From: Bilabrum cf. latius
Taxonomy: Eukaryota
NCBI GenBank assembly: GCA_965178125.1
Contig: OZ237735.1
Location: forward strand, 2,232,001-2,296,000
Reading direction: 5' to 3'
DNA: 64,000 nt
Positions 48,217 to 61,400 of this stretch are shown in pieces. Within the stretch, counting starts at the first letter, position 1; each line of letters begins with the position of its first letter. The notes below the pieces were generated by a model. That model ran no database searches and had not been told where the DNA came from. It saw only the letters and a list, made by a program, of their open reading frames with translations. The position numbers and the translations under genes were made by a program.

Positions 48217-51200
48217 TCAACCACCTTTGTCTGCCTCGCCACTGCCTTCCTCAGGGTCAAGCACTGCCCCGAGCCCAGCCATTGCCTCCCGGAGTGACCG
48301 AACCGCCACAGCATCCAGAACCGGAGCCTGCAGGAGCCTGGGCAGCGCCTCGGCCCACGCTTCTTGCACCGATGCAAGCACGCGAGCATCTACTTGAGCC
48401 GCACGGCGCTGCACCTGGAGGCACTCCCGGCAGTACGGGGGCAGCGGCAGAGACGAATCCTCGACGTCCTTGGCCTGGCGTTCCTCATTGCACTGGCTGC
48501 AGTAGTAGTCCGCTGCAGGCGAGTGGGACACGGCGCGCGTGATGGCGAGGCCGAGTTTCTGCACGAGGCCCGGGCCAAGCTCCACGAGGAGCTGCCTGGA
48601 TATCTGCCGTGTCAGCGACAGCGACAGACGGCTCGTTAGTCCGGGCAATGCGGCAGCGACCAGACGCTGCACGGCTCTCGGCACAGCCTTCTTGAGCACG
48701 TTTCTGGTCACTCCCGCCGCAGCGGCCGCCGGCAGCAACCGCTCCAGCTTGTCTGCTGCAACGCGCGCCGAGCTCAGCAGAGCTCCGCCCTTCAAAGACT
48801 GAGAGATTTCATCCACGACTCTAATCTCGATGTCCGCCACCGGGTCGCCGGCCTCCGGGGCGAGCTTTGCGCCGGAGCTACTCCTGGCACCTGCAGCGGC
48901 GGCTGACCCAGATGCCGCTCTGATTCTAGAAGTGCTCCTGCTTGACGCCTGCAGCAGTGTGGCAGGCAACGAGCCAGAGCTCCCAGTGTACTTGTCGTAC
49001 TCATATACCTCATGCTGCGGAGCACGATCATCGGGTGCGAGCGCGGTGTCTCCATCGACACCCGGCATGGTTCTCACGCTCGAACCGCCCAGCGGTTGGG
49101 AGGGAGCCTCAGCGGAGCACTGGCAGGGCTGCCCGTCCTGGGTGCGACCCACGCTCACCCCTGCGAATCGCTGCGCACCTGAGAGAGCTGGGTTCCCAAC
49201 CGGCCCCTGAGGGCACGAGCAAGGAGGTGGCTTCTAGGGGCCTGGGCCAGCCTGCTTAGGGAACATGGCGACGTCTGGGCCCGGTGCCATCAGCGGCACA
49301 CTCCCGGAATTCGGCACCATGATCGGGGGAATGATCAGCGGCATGATCAGCGACATGATGTCAGCGAACGGCTGCCGCACGACGTTGACCAGGATTTGCA
49401 GGATGATTTCTGGGGCCACGTTCATGATGATATCCACGATGCAAGCGAATGCCTCTTTGCTGGCAGTACCCACCCCGAGCAGCCCCGCCACACTCGCGTC
49501 AGTTTGCACCGATAGTAGAGCCATGGCTTTGTGCGGGTTCCCGTCGGCTGCCACGGACAGTGCGTGCTCGGTAGGGTGCCTCCAAGATCCGCTGCCGCGC
49601 CCGGATCGCTGCTCCTTTAGCCAGCCAACTACAACGTCGCCGTTGGCTGCGTGTGCGGCATCCGAGCCATTGTATGCCACTCCACGCGACTGAATTGCAT
49701 CGCGCAGACTGTTATGACCAGAGCCGGTCTCGGAGTGCAGCTGCAGCAGCACAGCATGGGCTAGCGTGACGGCAGCATGACGTTCATGATGCCGCGCTGC
49801 AGTGCCGCCGGCCGCAACTCCTTGCTGTAGAAGCGAGGCCGGTGCCAAATTCCCGTGGACCAGCGCGGCAGCCTTGCCTAGCTAGGTACGAGCGCGCGTG
49901 CTAGCAGCCTTCACGGCCGCATCGGCTGAAGTGTCCACGGCACCGTGTGACAGGACGCTGGCCTCTGCTTGCGCTCGCAGCACCGCCTTGCGGCCCTCTG
50001 CGGTTCTCGGCTGCCAGGAGTAGAGCCCGGCTGCATCATCGCCACCAAGATGTCCGTTTTGAGCTGCCGCCTTCTCCTGCGACCCTTGGATGGCCTTGGC
50101 CACTGTACCAAGCAGCGGGCTCGACTGTGACCTGCTGCCTACCCCAAGCGCCGTGGCCTGCCTCCAGACATCTGCCAGGCCCCTGCTCCACCCCGTAAAA
50201 GGACCCTGGTGAAGATACGCCCCATCTTGTTCTGCAGTTCCACTGACCTCTTTCGCAGCACCACGCGAAGTATCGTCCGTGCTGCTTGCCTCGTCCCCTC
50301 GAGAGGCCAGAGCACGCTCGGAGCGGAGCTACCCCGCCGCGAACCGCAGCGCAGATGACCCTCGCAAGGTCGCAGCCACATCATGGGCACTAACAAATGA
50401 GCCTTGCTGCCGCGACAAGGGTTCTGATATGTGGCCGTCGCGTCGACGGGCCACGCCGGACAGGGCTACATCCCCGTCTGTTGAGACGATGGCTGAGGCA
50501 GCAACATCGGCGGCTGGGGCGTCGTGCAATAGGAGCGCCTTGAGGAGCGAGTTGGTCCCGCTCGATTCAGCAAAGGTGCTCATGTTTCCACCGGCATCGC
50601 CATTTCTTTGATCCTACCGGCTGTGGCCAGACGCTGTAGAACGTGGAGGCAGTACCCTTCTGAGTACCTCTACCAGATACTCGACGTGCTTTCCCATGTC
50701 TGCATCCCCAACATGAATAGGATGCAACAGGCCTTCTCGAGTTGGTCGCGGCTCCGTCGCACCGTCCACTCCAGGACGCTCTGCCGGTGCATCGTTTGGC
50801 GGAGTCGTGCCGGCCTACCTGGAAGAGTCTGCCCTGGTGGCTTCACCCTGACCAGCTGTTTCAGCGCCCTGGCTCGACCAGGAGCGGTGCACTGCCACTG
50901 CCCAATTGGCGTGGTCCTGGCCTGCCTCTTGCCAAGCGCCCACGGTGGCAACGAAGTCCGGCTCGTCGTGCAGCCAAGACCCGACTTCTAAAAGGGCAGC
51001 ATCATGCTAGCCACTCTGATGCTCGCTGGATGCGTCGTCCGAATGCTCTGCCCAGGCGCGATCGGGCTCACCCAGAGAGCCCAGGGTTCGCATTGATTCG
51101 TCCATCTCGGCTGCCATAGAGTCTACGAAGGACTTGGCAGTGACCACTGTCACCGAATCTCCTTCCGTCCACGTACCAACGATTGGATCGGTAGCACGTA

Positions 51201-52353
51201 CTGCCCCAGGTAGCCCCCCGTCCTCCGGAAAGGCGAGCCGTGGGGCAGCTGGCGGGTCCGTTCGAAGCCCTGCAGTTGACCTCTGGGCAGCATCGATCGA
51301 GAGCAGTTTGCGAGACCCGGGATCTTTCTTGGATTTGCCGTGCTTTTGCTAACTTTTTTGATCGCTTTGGTGCTTCCCGTTCCAAGCAGCATGGTGCTGG
51401 TGCTTGTGACCCTGCGAGCGAGGGCATTGCCGCGGCGCGACGAGCATCCATCGTCCCGAGCTGTCTGGAGGCGAGCGCGGGATCGAAATTCCGCGGGATC
51501 TCGGCAAGAGAGGAGGTTGGTGCACTCTAACAGGTCCAGACGAAAACAAAAGAACGTTGTGGCTGTCTGCACCCTTGCTTTGGTCGCCTCGCGAGTCCTG
51601 CTACGCGGTGCTTCTCGTCCGGTCCCATTTGAACCAGCAGGCGCCTCCGGAGCGAATATGCCGGATTGGCAAGGAGAGTTTAGAAGATTCGTTCGTATTG
51701 CCTAGTCTATGGAGAACGTCGTCTGCCTCGGGTGCCGATGGGGCACCTGGCGTTGACTTCCTGTTGTCGTCGAGTGCTCGGGCAAGGTTGACATTTTCCG
51801 AGAGCATCTCCGAAATAGTCAGTCGACCGACTTCTCCGAAATAAAGGTGTTCAGTTTTATCCATATTCCCGGTCAGGGCCAGCAGGGTGTTCATTGGTAC
51901 CCTTTCTGGAGTTTCCCACGGAGTTGCGAATACAACATCAAACCATGCTACCCTGCCACTTTCTGGACCGATCGCACTGCCAGCTATCGAATGATTGCAT
52001 CCAGCCTATAGAAGAAGTTGCGAATTGGAGACTGGGGCTCGCACGTGCCGAATCCTATTGAAGTGAAACGACTTTGTCACTACGGAGGCATTCGATCTCG
52101 TCCCGCACTGCATTTTTCCAGTAAACTCCATGCTGGCACCAACGATTGGATTTATACTACTCGACATATGCCCCAAACCGGGTTGATCTGGACCTAGGGC
52201 ACATCCTAGTCGCAAAGAGGCCTCCATTCGTACTTTGCTGATCCAATGCGAAGGTCCTAGTGTCACTGGACCGGCCGGGATGCAGTCAATATCAGCATGA
52301 GCGCCGACCGACAATACACACAAAGCACCGAATAATACCAGACTTAAGCTCAT
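48217..52353 (-). CDS. Hypothetical secreted or membrane protein, ~1,378 aa
   Basis: ATG 52353 (MSLSLVLFGALCVLSVGAHA) to TGA 48217. Fragments ending at 52006, 51601, 51349, 50329, 49882 and 49234 share one frame and are joined by TAGs. It has a hydrophobic stretch near 49310-49450 and a C-terminal YYCSQC...YCREC. Confidence 0.65.
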
Positions 52354-52494
52354 TTCTCGCGGATTGAATTCATGTAGCAAGCGAAAATATGGAGCCGGCA
52401 CCTACGGTGAACTTCAAAGGAACGTTCGATATTCAAAGCTTGCTTCGCCTGTTCGGCGCCTTGAATCTGCACATTCCAAATCAAATTCGTGTTT

Positions 52495-55400
52495 TTAAGA
52501 CAAGTCAATCAGCCCGGCACTTCCCACTACGGCCTCGTTCAGCTTTTCCCGCAGCACCATGATCGTTGAGTAGTCCGGCACTTTGAGCAGGTGCGAGCAC
52601 GTGCTGGCGCTGGGCAAGACAAGATCATGCGGGTTGAATTCGTTCTCAGCACCCTCAGACATGTGACGAGACACAAAAGCACTTGGTGGCCTAGATAATC
52701 CTGCAGTGCTTTTCCCACCGGCCGCGCCGGAGCTGCCGCTGCTGCTGCCGCTGCCGCTGCCGCTGCCGCCCGCGCTCCCATGCGGCACCGCAGGCGCGGG
52801 CAACTCCACCACCCGGCCATCGAGCCTGATAAGCTCCCCACCATTCATCCCAACCCTGATCCAACGACCATCTGCACTCCTCACGCGGCGACCACCCAGC
52901 TCCTCCGGGTCCTCGTCCTCATCAGAGTCATGGCCGTCGCCATCCTCGTCGTCCTCGTCCATGTTGCCACCTCCAGATTCGTCGCTTTGCACATCGATCG
53001 GTTCAGCAGAGGACGCGACCCCTCCTGCTGCGCCCCGCACCTGCATAGACAGCCACTACGGGAGCTCCTTCGCACCCACCGTGAGTGGGGGATCCAGAGC
53101 AGCTAGTCCGCCGGGCGGGAGGATGGGGGACCCAGTGGCGAACTGCAGGAATGCGCGGCGCTGTAGCTGGGGCATTTCCATCATCAGCTCTCGCACGTTC
53201 TTTACCACTGAGCTTGACGTGAAGTAGGGCGGCCTAGCCTTCACGTGCTCTTCAAGATCCTGCAGCGTCCAGTGCACGGTGCTGCTTCCGCACAGGATCC
53301 GAACCATCTCTTGAGCTTGCAGGAGCGGAATGGCCGGGATTGACATGACGTCGCTCATGCCATCCAGCATTGCCTGCAGCTGAGGCCGGACACCGTCCCA
53401 GGCGATGTGCCGGCCCCAGGCATCTACGTACAGGTCGACGTCGTCCGCAGCCAGGTCGGGATCCTCCCAGTCTGTCTCGGCGTGAGGGTCCTACGGACCC
53501 AGCAGGCACCAGTCTACCGCCTCTGGTGAGGATACTGTAGCCCGAGGCCGTCCTTTAGTGCCCATGATTTCATCGCTGCTGTCATCTTCGTCAATAGCAG
53601 CTGCTATCTCAGCATCGGCACGGACGGGGCTCGAGGGCGCCGAGCTGCCCTGGCTCAATCCCAATGAGCCCTTCCCGCCCGACCTCTTTGGCTGAAACTA
53701 TGAGGACTGAGATGCGCTTGCCTCAGAAGTTGCTTTGGCGGGGGATTCCGTCGTATCGTGCAGACTGCTTGCCGTGCTGCGCAGGTGCTGTCGGCTCATC
53801 GCCTCCCGCACAACGGGCTCCAGGTCGGCTCTGGCGCCTTGCACGTGCATGTTGAGAGACCCGTCGCGATTGCACAGGAAAGGCCTCGATATTAGCTTCG
53901 CCATGCGCTCACGAGCCAGCACCAGCGGGTGGGACGAGGCCAGGGGTGGCGCTCCTTCCCCTCTGAACGGAAGCAGGCTGGAACCAGTCAGGGGTTCACA
54001 CCACTCCAGGTAGAGGTCATCGACGGAGGGACCAGCATCGGCAAGGGCGTTGCTTTTACTCGCGCTAGCGGCGCTTGCGGAGGCACCGTTGCAGTCCTCG
54101 AGCTTGGCTCTTGCCATGGCACCCTCCGCCTTCGCGTTGGCTGCTACAAGCATCTGCTGCATGGATCGCAGCCGCAGTCCTCCTTGAGATGCTGAGCCGC
54201 TGTCTTCATCTACTGGGTCATCGCTCATGGCAGCTGCCGCAGTTGTTTCGATCGTCTTTTGTGGAACAGAAGCAATTGACTCCTTCAAGCTTGCAATCTT
54301 TGCCTCGATCTCTGCAACCTCTGACTTGGCAGCCAGCACGTTGTCAAGAAGCTCAACCGCTGGCGAGCCACCCAACCTGACGTGCGCCTTGACTAGCGCA
54401 AGCTCATCTCGCCTCGAAATCACGCCAGCAGTCTTGGCGACGCGCAACTTGTGGCGCACCTCAGCGGCCGCCAACAGGCCCGAGCCGACCGCGGGGTAGT
54501 ACTGAGTCAGCACTTGCTTCACGAAATCCCGCTCGAAGGCAGGGTACGTCAGCCTCCAAGGGCCCGCTTCGCTCCCTTGATCGTCACCAGGCACACGCAA
54601 GCTGTATAGTCCCTTCCAGCCCCCAGCTCGCGCCATGGAGGCGAGCATGCCCTTCACAGAGTCTTCCCTTGTGGCAGTGATTCCATGTTCACTTGCAATC
54701 CCAGCCAGCATCATCATGATCTTGATGGCAAGAGGACTCAGCTGGATAGGCAGCACCTGCTGGTCCATCATCGCTCTCCCAACGACTCTGCCAAGCGACC
54801 GAAAGTGCGCTTCGACGGCGTCCCGCGCCCGAGAGAATGGCCTCACAGGCAATGGCGCTGGAAACAGACCAGCAGGGTGAGACGCGACAGGATCGTCCCA
54901 TTCATCAATGCCAGGCGGGGCGTCGTTTGCCACTGCGCTACGATCATCTTCGTCACTCATGGCGCCCATGGTTGCACCGGCTGCCGTCGCAGAAGCAGCC
55001 GATGAGCTCGCTGCCGATGAGCTCGCTGCCGATGAGCTCGCTGCCGATGAGCTCGCTGCCGAGGAGGCCTTCGTTGGTGCCACTGCGCTCGCCGGGCCCC
55101 CTTGCGTGACGCTTCCAGTGGACGCGGCAGCGGTGGCTGACTCGCTTTGGTCTGAATGCCACAGCCGCAGGATCTACGTGGCCTTACTAGACTCGGATCG
55201 TCTCAATAGAGACTCCCATACGGTTGGAGTGACATCAGGGTGGGGCAGGGCACGATACCCGCTGGCATACCTGCGTAGTCTGAGCTTCAGTGCTGATGGC
55301 TTAGGATGAGAGCTCTACGCTACAGATTTCGATACAAGCTCAGGCTACTCCTCAACAGCTGCAGCCTTCGATGAACGCCTGCGTTTCTTCGTGGGCCGGC

Positions 55401-58400
55401 TGGACGCCTTGGCATTCGACCGCGAGCTGCGTGCACTGTCTGGTGATCCCAGTGACTCTCTGTCTGCTCCCACTGTAGAATCATCATCACTAGGCAGTAG
55501 AGCAAGACTGTGGGCAGCGACTGCTATTCGCCTCGGGGACGATCGTGGTCGCTTCCGACTCCTACTCGATTTTGCCTTGTCCCTGCCACTCCAGAGGCCC
55601 TATGCTCCTAAACGCAGGAACGCCGCAAGCTCATTGTCGCGCCCTCCGTTGTTCGACAGTGCGGCAACGATCTGTCTGCACTCGTCAGCTGCCGAGGTGG
55701 TCGGGACCTACAGGCTCAGGCAAGAAGCAGCCTGCGCGAGGGCGGCATATGCCTCCCGGTTGACGCCAGGCCCGTGCCCGCGCTCCCCAGAGAAACTGAA
55801 CGACACCATGCCTTGCCGAGCAGAGAGGGGGGAGGCGCCGTAGCGCACGAGGCCCGCCAACAACGCCCCCGCCGCCACCAAAATCGAGCGGTTGCGCTGC
55901 CGAGGCGGCAGCTCTATCCGGCAAGTCTGCAGCCGCCGCTGCATGAGGTTGAGCTGGGGTGAATACGCCCAGCCGCGATCGAGCCTGGATGGAACTTCGG
56001 CTTCTCCGATCTAGTTGATTTTGTGAGCAACGTATCTCCAGGAGTACTTGAAGGGGTGCTCAGACATGCCGGGCGCGTACCCGATCCAGTCAGCCATATC
56101 AGACCCCTCACAGACCTTGACAAGCTTGATACCACTCGGCCCGTACTGTACACTCTACATTGACTCACGGACCACGCGCACCGCGTATTTCGCCTGGTCC
56201 GACATGACCACCGTGCCCGAGAGCTTCCTGGCTAGCATTCGGATGCGCTCAATGGAAGCGCCTTGCAGAGCGACTGCCGCTGGGGAAACGTTGTCGACAT
56301 CGCTTGGCAGCTTACGGAAAACGCCAGCAAAGAACGCACGGGCATTGTTGACGTATAAAGGCAAGTCGGTCTGCTCTTGCGGAGAGACTTCAGATGGCTC
56401 TGCTGGCGCCGTCGGCGTCATTCCCGGCGTTGCAGTTGCCACTGCTCTGGTTGCAAGCGACTATGCAAGCGACTTTCGGCGTTTGCGGGACTTCTTCTTG
56501 CCAGGTATGGCCTCCTTGCCGCCTTCACCAGCTATCTGCTGCTCCGCAATGGCTATCCACTCGTCCAAGCGTCTCAACGAAAGCCGGCAGGCACCTCTCA
56601 TCAGGCCCCTGAGCTTGTTGTACCTGTCCCGCATGAGTTCTGCTCTGGACTCATACAAGCCCTTAATGGCCTCCGCCTGAGCAGAACCTACCTCAATGCG
56701 ATCCCTCGCAAACTGCGCGCATGATTCACTGTACCGCTGTCCGCCGAATGCGATGGCTCGCTGGGCCACCAGCCTCAGTGAGGCCGGCAGTAGAGACGGA
56801 GCATCCCTAAGAACACCGAGAAGCCAGCCAGGCACCAAACCTGAGGTACAGGCCAGACCGTCCGCCAGCTGAAGGCGCAGACGATTTGACAGGTAGGGGC
56901 TGTGCGGCGTCAGCGGGATCTTCATGCACGCCGGCCTGCTGACAGCATCCAATGCAATTGCGTCGACGCGTTCAAGGCTTAGGTCCCCACTTTCACCGAG
57001 CATAACCTGTGCGATCTTCTGAGCAGTGCAGTCCCCTGCAGCTGCTAGCTTTGCGGCAGCCGAAGCTTTGTGAAGGGTGTGACCGAGAACTCGCAGCCCC
57101 CGAATTCCGTACGTCTGCCTACCCATGGCAAGGAGGTCTTTTGGGGGCAATCCCTTCGACGACAGTGTTGCCTGCATCGCCTCAAGGCCACTCGATAAGG
57201 CGCGCAGCTCCTCACGGGCGTCATGGCGCGACGAACGCTCGAACTCATTGTGTAGTTTAGGATCGTCAGACTGCGCCTCCTTTGGGAGATTCTTGGGACT
57301 ACTTGCTCCAGCCACGGCCTCTGTGCCCTCGGGATCAGTTCTAGCGCGCTTCTTCCCGATCCCGCCACTCGATTCTCCGCTGGTGACTGCTTGCTACTCA
57401 AGGTCTGAGCTGCCGTCACGAGATTTCAACTCTGCCTCCTGCTGGGCGATTGTGCCAGTAAGTGCGGCCCTGTTGACCTCAGCTAAGTAATCAGAGATGC
57501 TGTCAAAATCAGCAAGGACTGGGCAAAAGTCAACGACGAGCGTCGGGCCGCCAGGAACAAGCCACGATGGGTAGTCGGTCTCAGCATGGTTTAGCAAGGA
57601 GAGAGTAGCAGCGCCCTACCTTCTTCCTTGCCATGTGTGAGTCCAATTGCGGACCATATCGGGCGGGCACCCGGCTCCCTTCATGTTTGCGGCAAATTTT
57701 CGAGATGTTTGGCCGCTTTGCGCGAAGCGAGCGTACGCAAGAGTTGGATCTGATTGCAGCTCACCAAGCCACCAGTACATTTGGGCAGCGGACTTGCAAT
57801 CTGCGAGATAGCCGCGCCACTTGCCCTACGTGTCTGTTTTATCCACTTTGAATTGCCACAAATTCGATTGCTTCTAATGCTGACGAGCCAAAAATTCGCG
57901 AAGTGCCCTCTGCTGCACCTCTGCGAAAGTGACCAGCCTCGCTAGGAAGTTGGTGTCTTGATGCGGCTTAGTAGCGTCGACAAAGTTGCAACCAGAGACT
58001 GAACGATTCTAATCGTTGAACGCACTGGACGGCGCGTCGGTTCTGACAGGGACAAATGGCGTGCATGCCAACGGAGGGGCGTTCGGCTTTGAGCTCCACC
58101 GCAGCGAAAGTCGCATGAGCAATCGGACATTCGGCCGCAAATAGCGGCTTAATGCAGCACCACCGTGCTGTCCAGTCGGGAATACCGCCCGATTGGCATA
58201 TCTATCAGAAGCTGATGGATGGATGTAGCTGCTGCGCGGCCTTCCAGTGGCGCTGAGCTCGCTACTTGCCATAGGAGGCCGCCCTAACGCCGAAGACCAG
58301 AAGGATCGCCTTCCGATTGAAGGAACTTCGTCTACCTACTCCAAGCACTTTGCATCCTATGCCATGTCACCGACTGCGCTAGCTGCCGGGGATGCTGGAG

Positions 58401-61400
58401 ACAGCTGGGCTGATCTGGTTGCGAAAGCTGCCGCGGAATGTACGCCACACACAGTCCAACGTTCACCGAGGAACTAAACACTGTAGCTGGTCGGACTAGA
58501 CGAGTCATAATTGCCAATGCACCCACGATTGGCACCTAAAGACGCGCTGTCGAAGGAGAACGGCGGGGCAAAGCCGTCCCTATCGGGCTGTAGCCGGCTG
58601 TAGTCAAAGGAGCCTGATCGAGTCGCGGATAAAGGGCTGAACCTATCCCTAGATGAGCTGGACTTTGACTCTCCGTTTGGATCTGGTAGAAGCGCAAGTT
58701 CTGACATGAACGGGGCACCAGAGGGCGAGCAGATTGAGAGGGGAGATGCAAGGGAAGACAGCGTCTGGTCTACCAAGCTCTGAGCATCGGATTCGGACAG
58801 CGGGTCGTCAACCTTCACGAGCATCAGGCCTTCGTCCCGTACGCTCAGCCTTGGAAAGCTTAAACCCGTGCTGATGCTGGCCTCGAAGCTCGCCTTGTCG
58901 CTGGCACTCAGGGGCACGTGGGTGTTAGGGTCTTGCACAGCCTCTATGGCCTCCTGAACAGCAAAATTCTTCCTCTAGTCTGCTTCTCCAAAAGACGCCA
59001 GCTCAAGAATTCGCGCAGTTCTACTGACAGCGTTATGTTCAACATGGCAGCCCATAGATTCTCGATGAGAATCGGAGCTCCTATAGAGGACTGGCGAATT
59101 GGCATGGATGCGAAGTCGGCTCTTATTCGGCCCCACTGCTTTCGCATTGACAGTCATTGGCTCGGAAACTCGAAGGTCTACTTCTTCCCAGCGATAACCA
59201 GTAAGCGCAGTCAAATTAAAGCCACCAAACACCCTATGCTGACGCAACAGCTGCAGTGTGGCTTGCATGGTCACATTGGACAAGGACAGACGCAATATCC
59301 GTGCTGCATCTGCCATCGCTGTGCGCTGCAAGTCGGCAAGTTGTGGTATCTCACGAGATCTCCAATCATCTTCCAAAGCAGTTCCTCGATCAAGTGCAGA
59401 ATGAAGCGCGTTTGTACCACGCCTCGCGGCTGATTGAAGCTGCAAAGCCACTACTTGCCATCTAGCTTCGAAAGGAACGCCTTGATTCCGCAGCCAATCA
59501 GCATCACTCTCCTGCACGTGACGTGCAGTAGCTGCCCATGAATCCTTCGATAGCTTGCTTTTGGCAGTCGTTGCTTTTGATGGCTTCTTTTTGGGTGGCT
59601 GCTCGGGGACAAACTTAGACGACTGCCTGTCAGACGGTATCCGGCCGGTCACAATGCCATTAGATAAGGCCGCTTGGACCAGCGATCGAGACTTCGAAAG
59701 GACCTCAACGTTGAACATAGAACCTAAATACACACTGCCTACGGATTCAGATGACGTGGGGCCGGATGACGCAAGCTACGCCTAGATAGGTTGCGTATTG
59801 GACGGAACCCCAGCCAGCATGCATCGGTGAAGCCGCATGCTCGCAGACACAGGCACCCTGTTCAAATACGCTGGCTTCTGCAGAGGTGCTATTCTGTAGT
59901 CTATGCGGGGCTAACACGTCTTCATTGCATTCTTTCGAAGCTTAGTCAACGTCTCCTCCAACCGGATTGGTACCCAGGCCCACTAGTTAATAGAATCCTC
60001 GTCATCCGATTCAACTTCTTCTTCCTCATCTTCGTCTTCATCCTCAGTACTCGAGGGGCTACGCAATCTAGCAGCCCCGACGATTCCCCGACGAATCACG
60101 AACCTGAGGGCATGAATTGGTAAAGGCACCCAAAATGGACCCTTCGATGCATCAGAGAGTTGAACGAATGCGTGAGTGTTGTAGATGAAGCCATCCATAG
60201 TGTCTGAGCACCACATTCCCGGCTGGATACCCGGAAGGTTTGCTCCCATCTCTATCTCACTCATCTGGTTGATTTGGTGGTGCTACTACCCATGAGGAAT
60301 TCCTTGATGATGGTGAGCAAACCTGGAATTCTCAAGAAGCAGAATAACCGCTTCCTCCCAGCGGTCTGAGTACGGGCTGTGCACTGATACCACGTCTCCA
60401 ACTCGAAGGCCCATGCACCATAGGCTCAGCGAGCATGCGTTGAGGGCGGAAGGATGGTGGCTTGAGACAACAATATCCTTGTCGGGAAGACTATCCAGAG
60501 AGGTGCCCAGGAGAGGGTCCGTTGTTGACAAATTCATGGTACCAGGCAGCAGACAGGAGTACCTGCTCAATCTTGCGATGTCATTGACATTGCTCAGAAC
60601 GTCAACATCGTTCCTGACTAGATCGGAGAAAGGCAAGTCCTCTACTTCATCGCCTTCAGCTTCTGGGACTTGGCTCTATTCCGGAAGCATGGCAAGCGCA
60701 TTCAGCATCAGCTCACAAGATCGCAAGCTACCGGTTTGAAGCCGCTCAACTGTGTGCAAATAGGAGCCACCGACCCTGCACTTGCTCTGGCTTGCCATGA
60801 GGCCTGCGTCCCAGAGATTGTCTCTCCGCATACATGCCGAGGGCCGCATTGCTTCAAGTACTGCGAAAATTGCAGCAGTAGCGGTTTTTCGTGCTGAGAA
60901 TTGCAGCATTGAGGCCGGTGTCACGCACAAAACCAAGTCAGGCGCGCGGTCTAGCATTTCAAGCTCCTTGTCTCGAGACGCTCCCTTGCTTGCCTGCTTT
61001 CCCTTCTTTGACCGCGTCGTTCTCTTTGGCCCCGAAGGCGCACGGGTCACGATAGGAAGGCACTCGAGCTTTTCATTATCTCCTCCATGTTTCACCGTCA
61101 CGGTCTCGTCAGCTCGTTTCGCGCTGCTTTGGGTGGTCTCAGCCGGTGGGTCATCTGCCCCGGCACCAGAGGCGGGCCCTCCACCAGAGATAGCATCGTC
61201 CGGTGGGGCGCGCGTTTCAGAGATCTTCGAGATATCGCGAGAGTGGCGACTCAAGCTACCGGGAACGGGCAGGGTAACCCTTGTAGTACCCCAGCACTCC
61301 ATCTCGCTAACAGCAAGGTTTGTCCTGTATCGTTGCTATTCGATCCCAGCAAGGGATTCCCCTGGCGCCAGACTATCGTGGATGCGCCTATGGTCATCGG

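Noticed and set aside
52354-52497. Readthrough fusion of the HECT gene to the downstream same-frame secreted-protein gene
   Set aside because: A TAA and a later in-frame TGA separate them. HECT needs a free C-terminus, and the next gene has its own signal peptide.
55001-55060. 15-bp repeat as a CRISPR array or mobile-element end
   Set aside because: It has no spacers and is an in-frame coding minisatellite in a eukaryotic gene.
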